A stretch of 64,000 bases of DNA from Dehalococcoidia bacterium (lineage in GTDB: Bacteria; Chloroflexota; Dehalococcoidia; Lucifugimonadales; Lucifugimonadaceae). A program made the translations under genes and the position numbers. The notes beneath the pieces are model-generated. The model searched no databases, was not told the DNA's origin, and saw nothing but the letters and a program-made list of their open reading frames with translations. Shown here in pieces: positions 35,474 through 45,818 of the stretch (position 1 is its first letter; each line of letters starts with the position of its first letter). The stretch lies in the NCBI GenBank assembly GCA_965243825.1, contig CBDEVT010000002.1:107226-171225 (forward strand), in the 5' to 3' direction.

Positions 35474-36517
35474 CTACGCGAACGCGACTGTGTTTAGGTC
35501 CGGCGTAATCGAAGGAAGAGGGATACCGACTCGCGATCCCTCATGCAGAATCACATGACGGAGAGCCTTTGTTGCGCCCAATATCGAGACGCTCACCGTT
35601 CCAGTCTGCAAACGCGAGCGCCGGAACACGATATGAATTTCGGCTGTCGAATCGAGTTCGCGCTCAATAGCCTCGACCGTGGTTGCTGCATATGAAGTCG
35701 TGAATTCCGGACCGACCTCTACCAAAGCAAGCGCTCGCTCCAACTGTTGACCAGGTGCGAGGTCGCGAGAGATTGCTCCAATGGCTTCGATCACAGCTTC
35801 AGTCGCTCCAACGTGACCGTAACCATTGCCGCTTCCCAATATGGTCTGGGAGCCATCTTGCAGCACAGAGTTCAGATCTCCGGCGTTACTCCCGTTAGAT
35901 GTTCCATCACCGCTACAGACCGCGGCGATCGTGTTCACAAGCCTGGAAACCTGGTCCCGCTCGTCACGCAGAACCTCGGGCAGTGTCTTCGAGTCGTTTC
36001 TCTGGACCTCAAATACCGAGTCGGATATCGATTCAAGAACGGCCAAGGTGTCCGCAGCGCGAAATGTTTCCTTGATCGGCTCGAATCCCAGTGGCATCAA
36101 CGCTACGGATATCACTACCGCGCCGGACAGTTTCGCCTCTTCGACCACCATTGGACTTGCAACGGAACCGATTGTGCTTGCTGGACTGGCCACAACGATG
36201 ACGCAATCGCTGCCCGAGACTAGCTCCCGTATCTCTGTACGGTGCTTGACTGAGCCATCGGTCTGAGGTGCTACCGTTGCTGCCGTTGACGATCCTGATC
36301 TATTTGGCTCGAACAGAATTTTGCTGTCGCACCTTTTCGTGGCTAGTGCCGATGCACTGCTGTCCACAAAAGTCACTGAAACATCATTTAGTGGACCAGT
36401 ACCGATATCTGATACGGCCCGACAGCCAACTCCACCGATAGCGACGACCCGCACCCGAGAACCTCTGGACTCCGGTTGGCTTCCGAAGAATGTGGACTGC
36501 GTCGAATCTGATCTCAT
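35474..36517 (-). CDS. Divergent FtsZ/tubulin-fold protein with degenerate GTP-binding motifs
   Basis: Collinear with FtsZ throughout. 'VRVVAIGGVGCRAV' matches 'IKVIGVGGGGGNAV'. 'DCVIVVASPASTIGSVASPMVVEEAK' matches '[26 protein letters not shown]'. 'NAGDLNSV' matches the T7 'NVDFADV'. The C-terminal subdomain 'ALALVEVGPEF...IHIVFRR...VSVSILGAT' is also present. Confidence 0.7.
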   Translation of the reverse strand: MRSDSTQSTFFGSQPESRGSRVRVVAIGGVGCRAVSDIGTGPLNDVSVTFVDSSASALATKRCDSKILFEPNRSGSSTAATVAPQTDGSVKHRTEIRELVSGSDCVIVVASPASTIGSVASPMVVEEAKLSGAVVISVALMPLGFEPIKETFRAADTLAVLESISDSVFEVQRNDSKTLPEVLRDERDQVSRLVNTIAAVCSGDGTSNGSNAGDLNSVLQDGSQTILGSGNGYGHVGATEAVIEAIGAISRDLAPGQQLERALALVEVGPEFTTSYAATTVEAIERELDSTAEIHIVFRRSRLQTGTVSVSILGATKALRHVILHEGSRVGIPLPSITPDLNTVAFA

Positions 36518-36630
36518 TAACAGCTACTCCTGTGTTTTTCCCGGCAAGCTCTTACCTGCTGGGAAACATCTGTTCTAAACAGAAATTAGCACGGGCGTTC
36601 TAATAAATCACTGCAATCTGTCACAGTTTT

Positions 36631-36644
36631 CGAACAGTTGTGCG
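36631..36644. promoter_or_regulatory. Putative LexA (Cheo-type SOS) box
   Basis: CGAACAGTTGTGCG versus the palindromic CGAAC-N4-GTTCG: perfect left half, 4/5 in the right half. It lies 51 nt upstream of the MmcB-like gene, in the divergent region shared with the FtsZ-like gene. Confidence 0.3.
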
Positions 36645-36694
36645 AAAAAATTCGCGACAATCTGGTTTCCTGAACCTGAACATGAGACGGTGAG

Positions 36695-37372
36695 ATGAAC
36701 GCATCGATTCAGCAACGTAGTGAAACCGATCTGACTTACCAACTGAAGTGGGCTGCCCACAAGTGGCTATACGGGCAGGCCGGTTGCAGGGTGATCGGAT
36801 TCGAAGTCCGACTCGAGGGCCCGGCTGGTCGAATCGCAGATGTGGTTGGTGTAGACAGCAAGAACCGTGTCTATCTCATTGAGGTGAAGGCGTCGAAATC
36901 CGATCTCCGAAAGGACAATCACACTGAACGAGAACGGAATCGACTTGAAGAGGACTCGAAGGGACTGATCGAGGCTACATTGTTCGCTTCTGAGCTCGCA
37001 GGATTAACTACCGCAGACAAGAACCCAGATGCGACGAACGATCAGCTCGATAAGACGAACTCCCAGATAGAAAAGATAAACAGGCGAGTGTCTTCATTCA
37101 GCACCAAGTTTCACAACCCTGCGTACCTGAGAGCTGCTGACTTCCACTACTTGATGGCACCGCATGGACTTATCTGGCCGAGTGATCTGCCGCCGTTCTG
37201 GGGGCTGCTCAATGGAGATGCCGAGACCGTTGTTGAAGCTCCGCCAAAACAGATCAGACGCGTTACCGCTCATGTTTTACGTGCGATCGGTAAGGCAAAC
37301 TCCCGCGACCTTATGAAAGCCTGTGGCGTGCGGTATACCAACCCATCTGCACAGGTGGCCTCCACCGACTAA
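36695..37372 (+). CDS. PD-(D/E)xK nuclease-fold protein, MmcB-like DNA-repair family, with inserted coiled-coil segment
   Basis: 'GRIADVVGVD...VYLIEVKASKSDLRKD' (D...E.K core) and the distal 'ADFHYLMAPHGLI...LPPFWGLL', as in MmcB-type proteins. About 60 charged residues are inserted between the two. Confidence 0.45.
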   Translation: MNASIQQRSETDLTYQLKWAAHKWLYGQAGCRVIGFEVRLEGPAGRIADVVGVDSKNRVYLIEVKASKSDLRKDNHTERERNRLEEDSKGLIEATLFASELAGLTTADKNPDATNDQLDKTNSQIEKINRRVSSFSTKFHNPAYLRAADFHYLMAPHGLIWPSDLPPFWGLLNGDAETVVEAPPKQIRRVTAHVLRAIGKANSRDLMKACGVRYTNPSAQVASTD

Positions 37373-37428
37373 TGCAAAGCCCGGGAACCTTCGTTCCTTC
37401 CGGATAATGCGTAGAGCCAAGACGCATA

Positions 37429-39690
37429 TTAAGAATCGGAGAGGTTTGTCTCTCCGCCTTGGCCAGGCTTACCGTTAATTGCAGATCCGCTTCCAGGCTG
37501 ACCTATTTCCAGCTGATTGTCAGCCAGTACCGGTGATGAGCCGTCGTCAGGGTCGACGTCATATATCGCAAAACTCCAGCCGCCTTCACCGCCGGTGCCG
37601 GTGTCCCCGGCTGTTTCGAGTAGGAAGCTGCAGCACCCGCCGGAACCTCCGGAACTGGAGCCGTCACCTCCATCGCTCCCGCCAAGCCCAGCGGCACCAC
37701 CGATGCCACCTTGTCCTCCGCTGCCGGTTTTTATCTGGTTACCGGTGATTGTCGGCGCCAGACCAGGGCCGACCACAATTCCGTAAGAAGCACCGCCACC
37801 ACCGCCTCCAGCTTGGCCACCGATACCGCCTGAGCCACCACCTCCACCTTCTCCGCCGTCTCCGCTACGTCCTAAGTCACAACCAAGGAACGTGCACTGA
37901 TTGCCACCACCGACGCCCCCGTCTCCTCCGTTGCCGCCTATTCCACCTGGACCGCCGTTTCCACCTGGTCCTCCGTCGCCGACACTGATCACGTTGTCCT
38001 CAACAATCGCCAGAGCGGGTGAATACAGCAGTATTCCAATGCTGGCGCCTCCGCCTCCCGGCGCGCCACCACCAGCACCACCAGCCCCGCCTCCGCCTGC
38101 ACCTCCGCCGCCACCACCGGTTAGACCTGCGCCGCCAGCACCACCCCCACCTCCTCCGCCACCACCACCATGGGCACCACGACCGCCGGCTGAACCTGTA
38201 CCCGGCTTGTAGAGATCCTTGGAAAAGCTGCCTGCACCTGTCCCGCCCTGGCCTCCGTTACCTCCGACCCCGCCATCTCCACCCTTGCCGTCACCGACTC
38301 CCCCTTCACCCACAGGGTCGCCATTACCTGCGGCACCACCGGGGCCTTCACCACCCGCGCCTGAGTCTCCATCTTCCAGTAACAGACCACCTCCACCGGC
38401 ACCGCCTTTCCCGCCATCTACACTTCTGTTTCCACCATTCCCGCCAGAACCGGCGTTCCCACCATCCTCGCCGTCTTTGCCGTTTCCTCCGTCTTTGCCG
38501 TTCCCGCCATTTCCGCCGGTTGCTCCGGTAGTACCAGCTCCTCCATTTCCGGTCGATACCTCGTTGCGTCTTATTTCTACTTTGGAGATCGTTGAGACCT
38601 GGATTCCGTAGCTAGAGCCTCCATCACCGCCACTCGGGTTGCCGGTCTCTCCATTGCCTGCACGAAGAATGTTGTCTTCGACATACAGAGTTGCTCCGCC
38701 AGATCCTGCTACACGCAGGGCGAAGGAACTCTCACCTGGAGTTGACCCGTCGCCGGCAATGACGTTGAAGCCAGAGAACCATGCATCGGCGTTGACCGTT
38801 CTGAAGTGGACTGCCGTACTCGGCCCCTCAATGCGTGTCTTGTTGCCTTCGATGTCGCGGATCCAGTCAGGACCGTAGCCTCCGTAGAGGCTCGTTGTAG
38901 TGGGCGGCGAAATAGTCTGTTCAGGTGTGTACGCAGCGTCGCCTTCTAGCGACATGACGTGGATGTCCTGATCGGGGCCGTCGATGCTGTTTATCGCATG
39001 GACGATCGTGGCGTACGGATTTTCGCGTGATCCGTTTCCGTTCTCGTCACTGCCTGAATTACCGTCGACAAATATCCCCGGATCACCAAGGTGCTCAAAG
39101 GCGTCGATCCTGACCTGATCAGGGAGCGAGTCTCCGTTGCCGTCGTTCACGGTCAGTTCAAAAATGATCGTGCTGACCTGCATTGGCAGGGCGAAACTTG
39201 GTGTCGGTCCAATGAAAAAACCGACATCACCGGTGACGTCAGGTCCATGTACCTGTGTCCACCTGAAGCTTAATGGGTCGCCATCTGGGTCTGAACTGGC
39301 ACTGCCGTTCAGTCCGATGAGGTTGCCGATACGGGTCTCCAGGTCACGACCAGCATCTGCGATTGCGTTTGCTGGCTCAAGTGTAGGCGTTGGCGATGGT
39401 GCTCTGGTAGCCGTTGCCGTGGCGTTGGGCCGCGATGTAGATGTTGGGCGAGGCGTACTGCCGGTAGAGGCCGTCGAGGTGGACCTCACCTGGGAGGTCG
39501 CAGTTACCTCAGGTTCGTCCGATTCATCGTCCGAATCCGAACCGCTACAGGTTACAGCCAGTATCGCCAGTCCAAGGGCCGTGAGAATTAGCCAGAACCG
39601 AAGTCGATTCGATGTCTCAATGAACGCCGTCGCCACAGTCTTTCCTCCGGTAAGCGCGTACGGTACCTGATCCAGTACGTTTGAATGCAT
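37429..39690 (-). CDS. Secreted lipoprotein-like protein: PT linker, PKD-like domain, right-handed beta-helix region, very glycine-rich C-terminal half
   Basis: Signal/lipobox-like 'LGLAILAVTC|SGS'. 'DPDGDPLSFRWTQVHGPDV' is PKD-like. 'NPYATIVHAINSI' matches the beta-helix N-cap seen in pectate-lyase-fold proteins. About 320 aa consist of GGxGG/GGNGG repeats. Confidence 0.8.
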   Translation of the reverse strand: MHSNVLDQVPYALTGGKTVATAFIETSNRLRFWLILTALGLAILAVTCSGSDSDDESDEPEVTATSQVRSTSTASTGSTPRPTSTSRPNATATATRAPSPTPTLEPANAIADAGRDLETRIGNLIGLNGSASSDPDGDPLSFRWTQVHGPDVTGDVGFFIGPTPSFALPMQVSTIIFELTVNDGNGDSLPDQVRIDAFEHLGDPGIFVDGNSGSDENGNGSRENPYATIVHAINSIDGPDQDIHVMSLEGDAAYTPEQTISPPTTTSLYGGYGPDWIRDIEGNKTRIEGPSTAVHFRTVNADAWFSGFNVIAGDGSTPGESSFALRVAGSGGATLYVEDNILRAGNGETGNPSGGDGGSSYGIQVSTISKVEIRRNEVSTGNGGAGTTGATGGNGGNGKDGGNGKDGEDGGNAGSGGNGGNRSVDGGKGGAGGGGLLLEDGDSGAGGEGPGGAAGNGDPVGEGGVGDGKGGDGGVGGNGGQGGTGAGSFSKDLYKPGTGSAGGRGAHGGGGGGGGGGAGGAGLTGGGGGGAGGGGAGGAGGGAPGGGGASIGILLYSPALAIVEDNVISVGDGGPGGNGGPGGIGGNGGDGGVGGGNQCTFLGCDLGRSGDGGEGGGGGSGGIGGQAGGGGGGASYGIVVGPGLAPTITGNQIKTGSGGQGGIGGAAGLGGSDGGDGSSSGGSGGCCSFLLETAGDTGTGGEGGWSFAIYDVDPDDGSSPVLADNQLEIGQPGSGSAINGKPGQGGETNLSDS
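37590..38540 (-). repeat. Low-complexity glycine-rich coding repeats (GGxGGxG...)
   Basis: Direct reading. The opposite strand gives spurious Pro-rich ORFs. Confidence 0.85.
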
Positions 39691-39786
39691 CTTCGCAGTT
39701 CGCTGTGATCACGAACAACGATCGCTAGCTAGGGATCAGTAGCGAACCTCATCAAGTCTGGACAACGAACAAATAGCTGGACAGTG

Positions 39787-40224
39787 CTATTGCTGGGCAG
39801 CTGCCGAAACCGCCCGACCAGGGCGACGCCTGCGCGCAACATTGAGCCTGACTCGCGCTCGACGCAGAGACGCCAGAGCTCGCTCTATGTCCACATCACC
39901 TGACCGCTGAGCCAGGCGCTCCTGGGCTTTCTTCATCGCCTCTTCCGCCCGGGCGAGGTCAATATCCCCCTCGTCTTCCGCTGCATTGGCAAGAACGGTC
40001 ACCTTATTAGAGTTGACCTCCATGAAGCCGCCGAGAATGGCGATGTGGTGTTCCTCACCGCCATCCATGTACTTGAGGTCTCCATCGTCAAGGCTCGTGA
40101 TTATCGGTGCATGGGACGGCAAGATGGTCAGCTGGCCATCGGATCCGGGCGCGGTCACGGTATCTGTTTCACCTGAGAATATCCGTCCTTCTGCCGTGAC
40201 TATGTCAACTTGAAGCCGCGCCAT
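39787..40224 (-). CDS. atpC: F1 ATP synthase epsilon subunit
   Basis: 145 aa, 'QVDIVTAEGRIFSGE...LTILPSHAPIIT', last gene of the atp operon. Confidence 0.93.
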   Translation of the reverse strand: MARLQVDIVTAEGRIFSGETDTVTAPGSDGQLTILPSHAPIITSLDDGDLKYMDGGEEHHIAILGGFMEVNSNKVTVLANAAEDEGDIDLARAEEAMKKAQERLAQRSGDVDIERALASLRRARVRLNVARRRRPGRAVSAAAQQ

Positions 40225-40260
40225 GTTTCGATTCGCCTTCTAATCTAGTGTCTGCAGCTC

Positions 40261-41688
<1,428 letters not shown>

Positions 41689-41702
41689 TTAACCAGCGAA
41701 AA

Positions 41703-42587
41703 CTAGCCTTCGACCGCTGCGACACCACCTACGATGTCCAACAGCTCTCCTGTGATCTGTTCCTGCCGTGCCTTGTTGAGGTCCAGCGTCAACTCTTCAA
41801 TGAGTTCATTAGCGTTATCTGTTGCGTTCCGCATAGCGACCATTCGGGCCGAGTGTTCACTTGCGATCGACTCCAGGATCGAATGATAGACCTGAGTCTC
41901 TACATATCTTGGAACGAGCGTATTTAGCACGGCAGCGGGATCCGGTTCAAAGATGTACTCGATACCCTGATCAGTTGCGCCAGGCGTGTCGTCTTCTGGC
42001 ACTGGCTCAACTGGAAGTATCTGCCTGACCACCGGCTTCTGCACTGCGGTGTTCACAAACTGGGCGTAAATCATTACGACCCGATCAACTTCACCGTCTA
42101 TGAACTGGTTAGCCACGTAACGTGAGATCGAGACCGTGTCGTCCAACCGGGGACGGTCTTCAACGGAGAATGTAGCCTTCATCTCCTGGACTATCCGACC
42201 TGCAAACCGCTCGCCCTTGCGTCCGATGGCGACTGCAGAGACTGGAACTTCAGAATCTCTGACGAAGTTGGCGGCTGCTCGGTTCAGGTTGCCGACAAGT
42301 GCTCCAGCCAGACCACGATCCGGAGTTACCAGGAGCATTAAAACGCTGTTGACTGGTCGTTGAACCAGTAGCGGCGTGATGCGTCCGCCCTCGTCATCGT
42401 CGCGTGAGCCCATCGCTGAAAGATCAGAGAGCACTTCCCGCATCTTCTCCGCGTAGTCACGTCCGTCGCGCACCATCTGCTGTGCGCGCTGCATCTTAGA
42501 CGCAGCGATCAACTGCATGGCGTTAGTGACCTGTGCGGTGCTGCTAACGGATCGGATCCGTGCTCGTATTTCCTTGGTACTCGGCAT
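41703..42587 (-). CDS. atpG: F1 ATP synthase gamma subunit
   Basis: 'TKEIRARIRSVSSTAQVTNAMQLIAASKM', C-terminal 'ELLDIVGG', 294 aa. Confidence 0.96.
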   Translation of the reverse strand: MPSTKEIRARIRSVSSTAQVTNAMQLIAASKMQRAQQMVRDGRDYAEKMREVLSDLSAMGSRDDDEGGRITPLLVQRPVNSVLMLLVTPDRGLAGALVGNLNRAAANFVRDSEVPVSAVAIGRKGERFAGRIVQEMKATFSVEDRPRLDDTVSISRYVANQFIDGEVDRVVMIYAQFVNTAVQKPVVRQILPVEPVPEDDTPGATDQGIEYIFEPDPAAVLNTLVPRYVETQVYHSILESIASEHSARMVAMRNATDNANELIEELTLDLNKARQEQITGELLDIVGGVAAVEG

Positions 42588-42650
42588 TCTTTTTCCTGGT
42601 TCGTTTCAGACCTATCCGAATTGGCCGACTAAATCTGAAACGGAATCAAC

Positions 42651-44162
42651 CTATAGAGTCGCCGTTTGCTTGAATCCCTTAACTGCTTCGTCCAATTTCG
42701 CCTTGTCATCGTCACTGAGCTCGCCGGATTCTGCGATCGACTTCAAAACATCAGGCAAGTTGGCAGAAACGTAGTCGTACCAGGCGCTTTCAAACGCCCT
42801 CACCTTGCTAACTTCGACGTCCTCGAGCGCGCCCTGGTTGGCGATGTAGAACATAGTCACCATGTTCTCGAACGAGATCGGAGAGTTTTCGTCCTGCTTG
42901 AGCAGCTCCCGGAAGCGCTCACCGCGTGAGAGTTGTCTGCGGGTCACAGGGTCGAGGTCCTCGGCACCGAACTGCGCGAAGGTCGCCAGCGCGTCGAACT
43001 GAGCCATCTCTGTTTTCAGACTTCCCGCCACGCTCTTCATCGCGGATCGTTGAGCTGACGATCCGACACGTGTTACTGAGATTCCTGAGTTGACGGCCGG
43101 GCGAATTCCTGAGTTGAACAGATCCGGCTCAAGGAACAGCTGACCGTCGGTGATCGAAATAACGTTTGTCGGAATGTAAGCCGAAACGTCACCTGCCTGC
43201 GTCTCAATGATGGGCAGGGCAGTGATCGATCCACCACCGTAAGCCGGGTCAAGGCGGGCAGCGCGCTCAAGAAGTCTTGAGTGCAGGTAGAACACGTCAC
43301 CGGGGTAAGCTTCACGTCCCGGTGGCCGCCTGAGCAGTAGCGACATCTGGCGGTAGGCCCAGGCATGCTTTGTCAGATCGTCATAGACGATCAAAACGTC
43401 TTTACCCTGTGCCATGAAGTACTCGGCCATTGCACAACCTGCGTAAGGAGCAAGGAACTGCAGGGCAGCAGATTCTGAAGCGTTTGCTGTGACAACAACG
43501 GTGTTGTCCAGCGCCCCGTTGTCTTCCAGCCGCTTCACGGTTGCAGCGACTTTACCTGCCCGCTGGCCGATAGCCACATAGACTCCAATCAACTCAGAAT
43601 CTTTCTGGTTGATCAGGGCATCTACACACAGGGATGTCTTGCCTGTGGAGCGGTCACCGATGACGAGTTCTCGCTGTCCACGACCTACGGGAACCATGGC
43701 GTCGACGATTTTTATTCCGAACTGCACCGGTTGGTTAACAGATTTTCGTGTTACAACACCCGGTGCGATCTTCTCGACTGGCAGTGTTTCGGTTGTTGCG
43801 ATGGCACCCTTACCGTCCAGCGCCCGGCCAAGTGGGTCAACCACCCTGCCCAGCATGGAGTCACCGACTGGAACTTCGATGATGCGTCCCGTGCTTCGGA
43901 CTTCATCACCTTCCTTGATCTCAAGGTAGTCACCAAGGATCACGGCACCCACAGAGTCTTCTTCGAGGTTTAGCGCCAGCCCGAGAATGTCACCCGGGAA
44001 CTGCAGAATCTCGTTCAGGCGGACACCGGACAATCCGTGGATCTGCGCCACACCGTCTGCGGCCTCAATGACAGTGCCGACATCGACCATCGTCAACTCG
44101 CCACCGAACTCTTCGATCTGCCTCTTGATGACCGAAGCTATGTCCTGGCCTCTAACCGACAT
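42651..44162 (-). CDS. atpA: F1 ATP synthase alpha subunit
   Basis: P-loop 'GDRSTGKTS', 503 aa. Confidence 0.98.
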   Translation of the reverse strand: MSVRGQDIASVIKRQIEEFGGELTMVDVGTVIEAADGVAQIHGLSGVRLNEILQFPGDILGLALNLEEDSVGAVILGDYLEIKEGDEVRSTGRIIEVPVGDSMLGRVVDPLGRALDGKGAIATTETLPVEKIAPGVVTRKSVNQPVQFGIKIVDAMVPVGRGQRELVIGDRSTGKTSLCVDALINQKDSELIGVYVAIGQRAGKVAATVKRLEDNGALDNTVVVTANASESAALQFLAPYAGCAMAEYFMAQGKDVLIVYDDLTKHAWAYRQMSLLLRRPPGREAYPGDVFYLHSRLLERAARLDPAYGGGSITALPIIETQAGDVSAYIPTNVISITDGQLFLEPDLFNSGIRPAVNSGISVTRVGSSAQRSAMKSVAGSLKTEMAQFDALATFAQFGAEDLDPVTRRQLSRGERFRELLKQDENSPISFENMVTMFYIANQGALEDVEVSKVRAFESAWYDYVSANLPDVLKSIAESGELSDDDKAKLDEAVKGFKQTATL

Positions 44163-44220
44163 CGGACACCTTCTTTTCCTGTTCTAAAACCTGTTCCTGC
44201 AAATGCATGTCTGCCTGAAC

Positions 44221-44757
44221 CTATACCCCAGTCGCCAACTCGTCTCGAAGAGAACGGAGTCTCGTTCGGGTGCTGCCATCGATTAGCCTGTCGCCAACCC
44301 TGGCGATCATGCCGCCGACGATGCTTGGGTCCTGCCGCTCTGACAGGACGACCTCTTTGCGCTCAACGATCGACGCCAACCTGTCTGCAACGCGCTGTTT
44401 TCGAGCGTCGTCCAAGGGCACCGCAGTTACGACTTCTGCCCGAGCCGTACCTCGACTGTCGTCTGCGATTTCACTGAATGCCTGCAAGGCGCGACCGAAC
44501 TTCAATATGTCGCCTCGCAGCACCATCATCGAAACCATGTTGCGGATAAGCGGTGCGACATCAGGCAGGAGCGTTGTAATACCGTCCAGCTTCACCTTTT
44601 CGGGTACCTGTGGCGCAGAAAGCAGAGCGATCACGTCCATGTCCCTTAGGACCTGCTGGACACGTTCAAGATCGGCTTCCCACCTGTCCACTCCTTCATT
44701 TTCGAGTGCAAGTTCGAATGCCGCCTGTGCGTATCTTCTCGGCGATGCTCCCGCCAT
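44221..44757 (-). CDS. atpH: F1 ATP synthase delta (OSCP) subunit
   Basis: 178 aa, 'RRYAQAAFELA...', position between atpF and atpA. Confidence 0.9.
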   Translation of the reverse strand: MAGASPRRYAQAAFELALENEGVDRWEADLERVQQVLRDMDVIALLSAPQVPEKVKLDGITTLLPDVAPLIRNMVSMMVLRGDILKFGRALQAFSEIADDSRGTARAEVVTAVPLDDARKQRVADRLASIVERKEVVLSERQDPSIVGGMIARVGDRLIDGSTRTRLRSLRDELATGV

Positions 44758-44816
44758 CTCACTCCAATTCAGAGCTTGTTCCCGGAACGATGCCGGAATA
44801 GCAAGTTCCTGTTTCT

Positions 44817-45317
44817 CTAGTTTTGTCTGTTCGTCAGACCTTCTTCGAGCACGTTGTCAATGAGTTCCTGGTGCTTCGATGCGTCTAGCTCTCGCTCGAC
44901 CACCTTCTCCGCGGCCAGCACTGCCAGACCAGCAAACTCACGTCGCAACTCTTCAATTGCGGAGTCTCTCTGCTGAGCGATCTCTGACTCGGCACGCTTG
45001 ATCAACTCGTCAGCCTGCGCGCGAGATCGCTCTTCAATCTGCTCAGCAGCGCGGCGAGCAGCTTCCTGTGCCTCGGCGATCAGGCGTTGACCTTCTTGCC
45101 GTGCATTCGCCATCTCCTGCTCAACTGCTTCAGCAGACGATGCAGCTTCCTCACGTGCGCGATCGGCAGCCTCAAGACTGTTCTTGATCCGCTCCGCACG
45201 CTGGTCGAGCATCCTCGTGATTGGTCCGTACAGGAACTTGTACAGGACGATCACGAGGATCGTGAAGCTGATCAGCTGAGTCAGCAGACCAGAGAGATTT
45301 ATTCCCAGTGCATCCAT
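44817..45317 (-). CDS. atpF: Fo ATP synthase subunit b
   Basis: Single N-terminal TM followed by a long charged helix; 166 aa. Confidence 0.9.
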   Translation of the reverse strand: MDALGINLSGLLTQLISFTILVIVLYKFLYGPITRMLDQRAERIKNSLEAADRAREEAASSAEAVEQEMANARQEGQRLIAEAQEAARRAAEQIEERSRAQADELIKRAESEIAQQRDSAIEELRREFAGLAVLAAEKVVERELDASKHQELIDNVLEEGLTNRQN

Positions 45318-45411
45318 TGCTTTCTCCGCAGCTACTTTTTCTGCCGGCCATGAACCTCAGTCCATGACCGGCAGACTAATCTGCGTCGCCTCTTGAGGCG
45401 GTCTTTCCTGT

Positions 45412-45687
<276 letters not shown>

Positions 45688-45818
45688 TCATGACGAGTCT
45701 TACATTCCTGCTTGACTCGTCCGCATTTGCCGGGACCACTGCGCTTGCCGTTGCCCGGTTTTTTTTACCTCTTGTGTCAGCCGAGCCTTAACTCGCAGCT
45801 GACACAAACAGCCGTTAA

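Noticed and set aside
37901-38611. Plus-strand Pro-rich ORFs (37901-38212, 38219-38611 and neighbours)
   Set aside because: They are antisense artefacts of the glycine-rich (GGN)n region of the 37429-39690 gene.
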